DNA from: Oopsacas minuta
Lineage: Eukaryota > Animalia > Porifera
Direction of reading: 5' to 3'
NCBI GenBank assembly: GCA_024704765.1
Contig: JAKMXF010000354.1
Coordinates: 853,690 to 917,689 of the forward strand
Length of the DNA: 64,000 nucleotides
Shown: one piece after another, positions 60,201-64,000 of the stretch
Layout of the letters: the number at the start of each line of letters is the position of its first letter
Position numbering within the stretch: the first letter of the stretch is position 1
Made by a program: the position numbers and the translations under genes
Notes under the pieces: model-generated
Told to the model about the DNA's origin: nothing
Databases searched by the model: none
Seen by the model: only the letters and a program-made list of their open reading frames with translations

Positions 60201-63200
60201 TCCTTCTAACTTGATACGTATATCCACCGTTAAAATATTTGAACCTAAACCTAACGAGTCAGAAACTCCTCTCAAATATGCATCAGGGCTAGCATTCTCC
60301 CTAGTAGTGAATGCTGTAATAACCAACTGTACAGATATTAGCTGTATAGCTGTCACTGTTAGGATGCCAGATGACAAGCTAGTCATCCACCAGCCAAAAC
60401 CAGATGAATTCAGTCACCTGGGAGATCAGGATTACCGCTTGCTTACTAGTATCGTGTTAGACGGTAAGAAATGGTCTAGTCAGGGACAGATAGAGCTTAA
60501 TGTAGTACATAAATACGAAGAGAACGAGGGAGGAAGTGAATACAATCTAGTTGAAATGGAATCTGAGATTGTAAATGTATCTCCAATGGATAATTTTGTG
60601 AAGAGAGATTCTCTAAAACATTGCTGTATTTGTCTCTCACAGTCTGTGTGTTTGTTCATCAAATCTAAATAAGATATTAAACTTTGTATTATTAAATCAT
60701 AATTTCTTATTTGTTCAATTATACTTTAACCTCCCCAGGTGCTACTTGTTATTTCATGTTTAGACTTTTAATTTTGTAATTGGATTATTTATAATTTATT
60801 GTGTGTTGTAGGAGGAGAGGGTGACCCAGAGGGACCCAGGGTATCAATCAGAGACATCACAGAGGGAGGAGATGCTCAAATAGACGGGAGACTGAAGATA
60901 GGAGATACAATTCTATCCATCAACAATGTTTCATTTCAATCTATAGAACTAATTAAGGTTATGCAGTTGCTTACAAGAATGAAGATTAGTCGAAGAACAA
61001 AAGAGTACACAATTGTCTTTCAGAGAATAGGGTAAGACAATTTGCTTATTACTTTAATTGACAATAGAGAAGGGGACAGGTACCGAAAGGAAATATATAT
61101 TTACTCACTACTATGCTAGGTTTATTTCCTTGAATTTGGTATACTACAGTCTAAACATAGTTTATCAGTTGTTTACTTTTTTACTTGTAATTCGAGAATA
61201 TTGGTTATCATATCTGCCCTCGATATTATAAGTAGATTATTGTCTACAAATTAGAAAATGAAGGTATTTTTAAACTGGTCATCCATCAAACCAGTGGAAA
61301 ACTCTGCAATATCAATTTTTCCATCCTCACTTTTATCGAACATCTGGAACACAGCCTCTACCTCTTCTTCACTGGCTGTTTCTCCCATCAATTCAATAAA
61401 ATTCGTAAAATCATCTTTGCTAATCAACCCATCTTTATCTCTGTCAATAATCTCAAACATATCACTAACAGTTTGTGTATTTGTTTGTTGTTTCGCACCT
61501 TCTGTTACCATTTTAATAAAATCTTGGATGTCTATTTTATTGTCGAAGTTTACGTCGAACTTTTTCACAAGTTTATCAATCTCACTCAGGGGTACTTGTT
61601 CATGTGTCTGTGAGATTAGCAGTTCTATCTCCTTACTTCCTATTAACCCATCTTTATCCTTGTCAAGTTTGGAGAATATAGGATTGAGTGTCGACAGTAC
61701 CTTATTATGATTCTGTAGATGTTGCCATCCTATTAATAATCATATATTCATAAATATTTACAGAAGTAATCCTCCCTCGCATGTGAGCCGAGAGGGTGAG
61801 AAAGTTCAAGAATGCATTTCAGAAGTAGCCAAGAAACCATCAGACACGGAAGTGCAGTCAGAAGGTAAATATGTACTTTAATTCAACTTACCTGATTTCT
61901 TTGAATTTATCTTATCCATTAATAACTTGCCCTAGGATATTTTATTTTATTTATTTGTTTATTATTTATACTAATTTCTTGTTATTATTCATCCAATTTG
62001 TGAAGTTTTACACTCTATTAATAGAATTGTTTAGTTCTTACAGCTGTAAATTACCCATTATTGTAATTGTATATATTTCCTGGGTTATGTCTGAGAGTCT
62101 GGTCATATTCACAGCTGTTTATTTGATAGGTACAGATACAAAACGGAGCTCCGAACTCCGCAGTAGTGACTCTAAACAGAAACACGGCAGAGGAAGGAGG
62201 AAAGGAATGCAGCGTAAGATGTCCCTCGATCCTCACTGTAAAGTAAAGCTCTCTAAACTAGAGAAAGCACTTTGTTACTTAGGTCAGTTATGCCATGTCA
62301 GCATAATAGCATGTATGCAGTCATATATCTAATTATTTCCTAAAACTCAATAATCCAGTAAACACAAATATTTACTGTTAATGTCTGTCTATTGGGTGTA
62401 TAAGGATATTATCTTTTTCTATTGCAATGGAGTTTGCTTGCAAATCTCCACAATCGGATCGATCACCTACTTTTATTGTTATGTCTTAATTACTTTGACC
62501 AGCAATCAAATTATTGTTTATTAGCTTGTGAACTAATTGTACCCTCTTCTCTGCGCTAACCTAATTAGCGTGCTAACATTAATTTTTTATTGTTCTATTC
62601 AGGTTATACACCGAGTGAAGAACAAAGAGCTCAGTTACATGAGAATTTAAATATTGATGAAGATGGATACGTGACTTATCTAGATTTTGTGAACGAGGCT
62701 AAGAGGCTCTTCGCTATTCAAATTGATGAGAGACAGCTCAGTTCAGGTATTTTATCAAATTAGAAAATTATAGTAAACTCTAATAAGGAATAGATTAGCT
62801 AAATAAATATATTAATATTACTCTCATAGAAAAGTATTTTTGCCCGTATATTTAATCATCTTGATCAATGGCCTGTTTCTTCTCAATCATCTCTTCTAAC
62901 TTTCTCTGTAAAACTCGAGCAAATGTTGCTGTATATAGCGGACTTACCGAGTCGAGGAGCGAATATATAGTTTCATAAAATCTGTTTGTATTTTCTCCTT
63001 TCTCCATGAAATCGAATTCATTTGACACAATTCTGAAACCCTTGACAGATAGCTCCACGCAATATTTGACCTTTTCCTGAGTTTCTATGTTAAAATATAC
63101 CAGGTCACTGGTAGAGGCGAGCTTTGTAGAAACTTCAACTGACTTGACAGCAAACTCAATTTCTCTCTTTATTTCTGGAGCTTGTAAATTAAGGTTTATG

Positions 63201-63621
63201 TCTGTATCTGTTTCGCTCCCATACTCCCAATTGGTAGCTCTTGCCATATCTCTTTAAAATATAAATTGCTACTAAGTAGTAATACTGGGATATTTATTTT
63301 AAATAATTATGTCTGACATTACAATCAATTTCTGTTTATATCGAAGCTCAAGGGACAGTGAAAATTACTTCGCTATAACCCATGAAAATTATCTTACTTT
63401 GGCGGTTTGGGTCCATATTTGTACAATTACAGACTTCAATATAACTGAAGTTGAGTGTACATGATACAATGTATAATATTTAAATTTTCTTAGGATTATT
63501 CTTACTGGGCTCTACGCCAAGAGATGAGACAGACCAAATACAGAAAGAATTAGAGTTAGACCCAGATGCGTTTCGCAGTACAGCTGATGAAGATAGAAGT
63601 GTATTAGAACTGCTAGACGAG
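57223..63621 (+). CDS. STXBP4: STXBP4/Synip-like PDZ-PDZ-EF-hand protein; continues beyond the window; host of nested genes
   Basis: Phase-consistent exons 57223-57504, 57626-57860, 60812-61031, 61764-61864, 62130-62282, 62603-62746, 63494-63621. PDZ1 (GLGIRIVG...DGQLRTGD), PDZ2 split across 57860/60812, and KMSLDPHCKVKLSKLEKALCYLG|YTPSEEQRAQL...GYVTYLDFVNEAKRLF, which resembles the STXBP4 EF-hand-like region. Confidence 0.8.
57534..57598. mobile_element. MITE family B, internally deleted copy in STXBP4 intron 1
   Basis: CAGTGTAACCTTCACAAACGGAGTGTCAGAGACGCCAAAAA matches 25381-25420. TA on both flanks and a degenerate right TIR. Confidence 0.7.
58018..60672 (+). CDS. INTS4: Integrator complex subunit 4, intronless, nested on the same strand in STXBP4 intron 2
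   Basis: HEAT repeats with INTS4-type motifs DSDSRVRTTAL, DDAF..LC, LHSLDK, AFVQALDDE..EVR, VDMFSDEIQSVRL, NLTKYP.D..SIW and EP..EDPAY..ILILVFNA. First ATG at 58018 (884 aa). Confidence 0.9.
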   Translation: MDTQHYEYLQSSTTLGVLEKTEPLLITGQAGQIGSILLDVRALSKWIDTHNPSELIQAISLLLARLRNIHTEIHTSSQHEEETVSILLSDTITQLVTNYRLEYTASSVICSLMEQLINKKLFIPAGLIKLLEQIVTTTNSYNAIGIFRLLEHVLIIWDSNNGDVSLLTSLLSRVWIAGFEELHSPNPKKRQSALSLLWRVSLTSNSPQTEIQSILTEFSQDSDSRVRTTALLGFLGLLDSSTAFDQSRLLAIYKCTLPLLADEFEEVRIPAGKLIHNIALICPDAVWGTRTREQKVLTLLDDAFMWLCNAINDLRESVKLSALQCLSSFSAVSEDILLHSLDKTFSNTMQMVADTLNMRGFVSAFVQALDDECAEVRLCALQTVSQIARENSTFATSALDLIVDMFSDEIQSVRLEAIRCLGSFSTNVSLRDEQLDVVLYNLEENSQFIREAIHRLLGSCSLPTGSAILCVVNSLLANLTKYPLDVYSIWRCVKGIGSNNGHAVCSQVSGLLRAHPFFISTEPNPEDPAYVSILILVFNAISSCPTVLPILPTHIYVRYPYLRDALPQLAPQIRLAVYNTSSASREQVDLSLSFVKQFSYVLENIEHANPVLLKTHANDFFSLTQTVSPVAAFASFYLYSLSLITDSIQILSADVSNTNIMLTKALLALKYIYRLIYLFTGLSEKEKDIFTEWREAAWSLVNRTQQLGSEKRVCLEMISSEVPRIESPPSNLIRISTVKIFEPKPNESETPLKYASGLAFSLVVNAVITNCTDISCIAVTVRMPDDKLVIHQPKPDEFSHLGDQDYRLLTSIVLDGKKWSSQGQIELNVVHKYEENEGGSEYNLVEMESEIVNVSPMDNFVKRDSLKHCCICLSQSVCLFIKSK
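61251..61919 (-). CDS. Calmodulin-like four-EF-hand protein, interleaved with STXBP4
   Basis: Exon 1 61919-61892 (MDKINSKKS, phase-1 donor GTAAGT) and exon 2 61729-61251. EF loops DKDKDGLIGSKE, DVNFDNKIDIQD, DRDKDGLISKDD and DKSEDGKIDIAE. Confidence 0.8.
62852..63247 (-). CDS. GSKIP: GSK3B-interacting protein (DUF727), nested antisense in an STXBP4 intron
   Basis: EFAVKSVEVS.KL...VYFNIETQE..KYCVELSVKGFRIV...YETIYSLLDSVSP.Y...F...LQRKLE matches the GSKIP pattern. Confidence 0.88.
   Translation of the reverse strand: MARATNWEYGSETDTDINLNLQAPEIKREIEFAVKSVEVSTKLASTSDLVYFNIETQEKVKYCVELSVKGFRIVSNEFDFMEKGENTNRFYETIYSLLDSVSPLYTATFARVLQRKLEEMIEKKQAIDQDD
63322..63457 (-). mobile_element. MITE family A copy, reverse orientation
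   Basis: TA-flanked, TIRs CAATCAATTTCTGTTTATATCGAAG / CTTCAATATAACTGAAGTTGAGTG. The reverse complement aligns with 56950-57079. Confidence 0.8.
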
Positions 63622-63711
63622 GTATAATATGTATAACACTTAAGAATAGACTATTTGTAATAATTCAGCCACAATTAAGCAAACAAATCATATAGTTATA
63701 GCTGGTAGAAG

Positions 63712-63951
63712 TTACTTGACCTCCTTTTCCTTCTCCTCGATTTGTTCCATCAGTCCTTGGACGTTCTGCTCCAGCTGTTCCACACGATCACTCATCTCGT
63801 CCAGTTTAGAAGTTATCTGAGTTGATATCTCCTCAAACTTGCCTTGCATGTCTTGGAGTAAGCGTCCTATTACCAAGGATAGATCTTGTGCCCGTGCGGA
63901 TTCTGCACCCTGTTGTCCAGGATTGTTCTCCTCTTGCTTAGAAGGGTTCAT
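63712..63951 (-). CDS. HSBP1: Heat shock factor-binding protein 1, antisense, downstream of an STXBP4 donor site
   Basis: 79-aa coiled coil AQDLSLVIGRLLQDMQGKFEEISTQITSKLDEMSDRVEQLEQNVQGLM, matching HSBP1. Confidence 0.88.
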   Translation of the reverse strand: MNPSKQEENNPGQQGAESARAQDLSLVIGRLLQDMQGKFEEISTQITSKLDEMSDRVEQLEQNVQGLMEQIEEKEKEVK

Positions 63952-64000
63952 ATCTCTGTGATTTGGATATAATATTAATTGCTAAATTTGAATGAAAATG

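Noticed and set aside
1-64000. Prokaryotic or viral origin, operon-encoded defence island, CRISPR array, tRNA or rRNA genes
   Set aside because: Spliceosomal introns and animal-type genes (SMARCA4, TDRD9, INTS4, STXBP4) occur throughout; no repeat-spacer array, cloverleaf or rRNA-like segment was recognised by eye.

Overview
AT-rich, very compact animal genomic DNA with short GT-AG introns (mostly 50-80 nt), many intronless genes and intergenic gaps of about 90-270 nt. The architecture suggests a non-bilaterian with a reduced genome, such as a glass sponge; this is inference, not established from the sequence. In order, the window holds: an FGD-type RhoGEF, SLC49A3, TDRD9 (with a cyclin B-like gene nested antisense in an intron), FAM114A, NHLRC2, CPLANE2, a C6orf136-like gene, a degenerate nucleotide cyclase, SMARCA4/2, three tandem Cys/His-rich paralogs, NME8, a PARP catalytic exon, a ~5200-aa sacsin-like gene, TARDBP and STXBP4. 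Three orphan 7TM genes, two inverted pseudogene fragments and three MITE families are interspersed. Top signals: (1) the sacsin-like gene has four HSP90-like ATPase modules and a HEPN domain but no J domain, and a phase-matched donor/acceptor pair could splice it onto the downstream mono-ADP-ribosyltransferase exon, giving a ~5380-aa ATPase-HEPN-ART protein; (2) STXBP4 hosts INTS4 on the same strand and GSKIP and HSBP1 antisense, and is interleaved with a calmodulin-like gene; (3) co-oriented gene runs with tiny gaps and acceptor-like AG sites just before start codons suggest operons or SL trans-splicing. Gene models were assembled by hand from splice signals and reading-frame phase; no RNA or database evidence was available. 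No tRNA, rRNA or CRISPR array was recognised.
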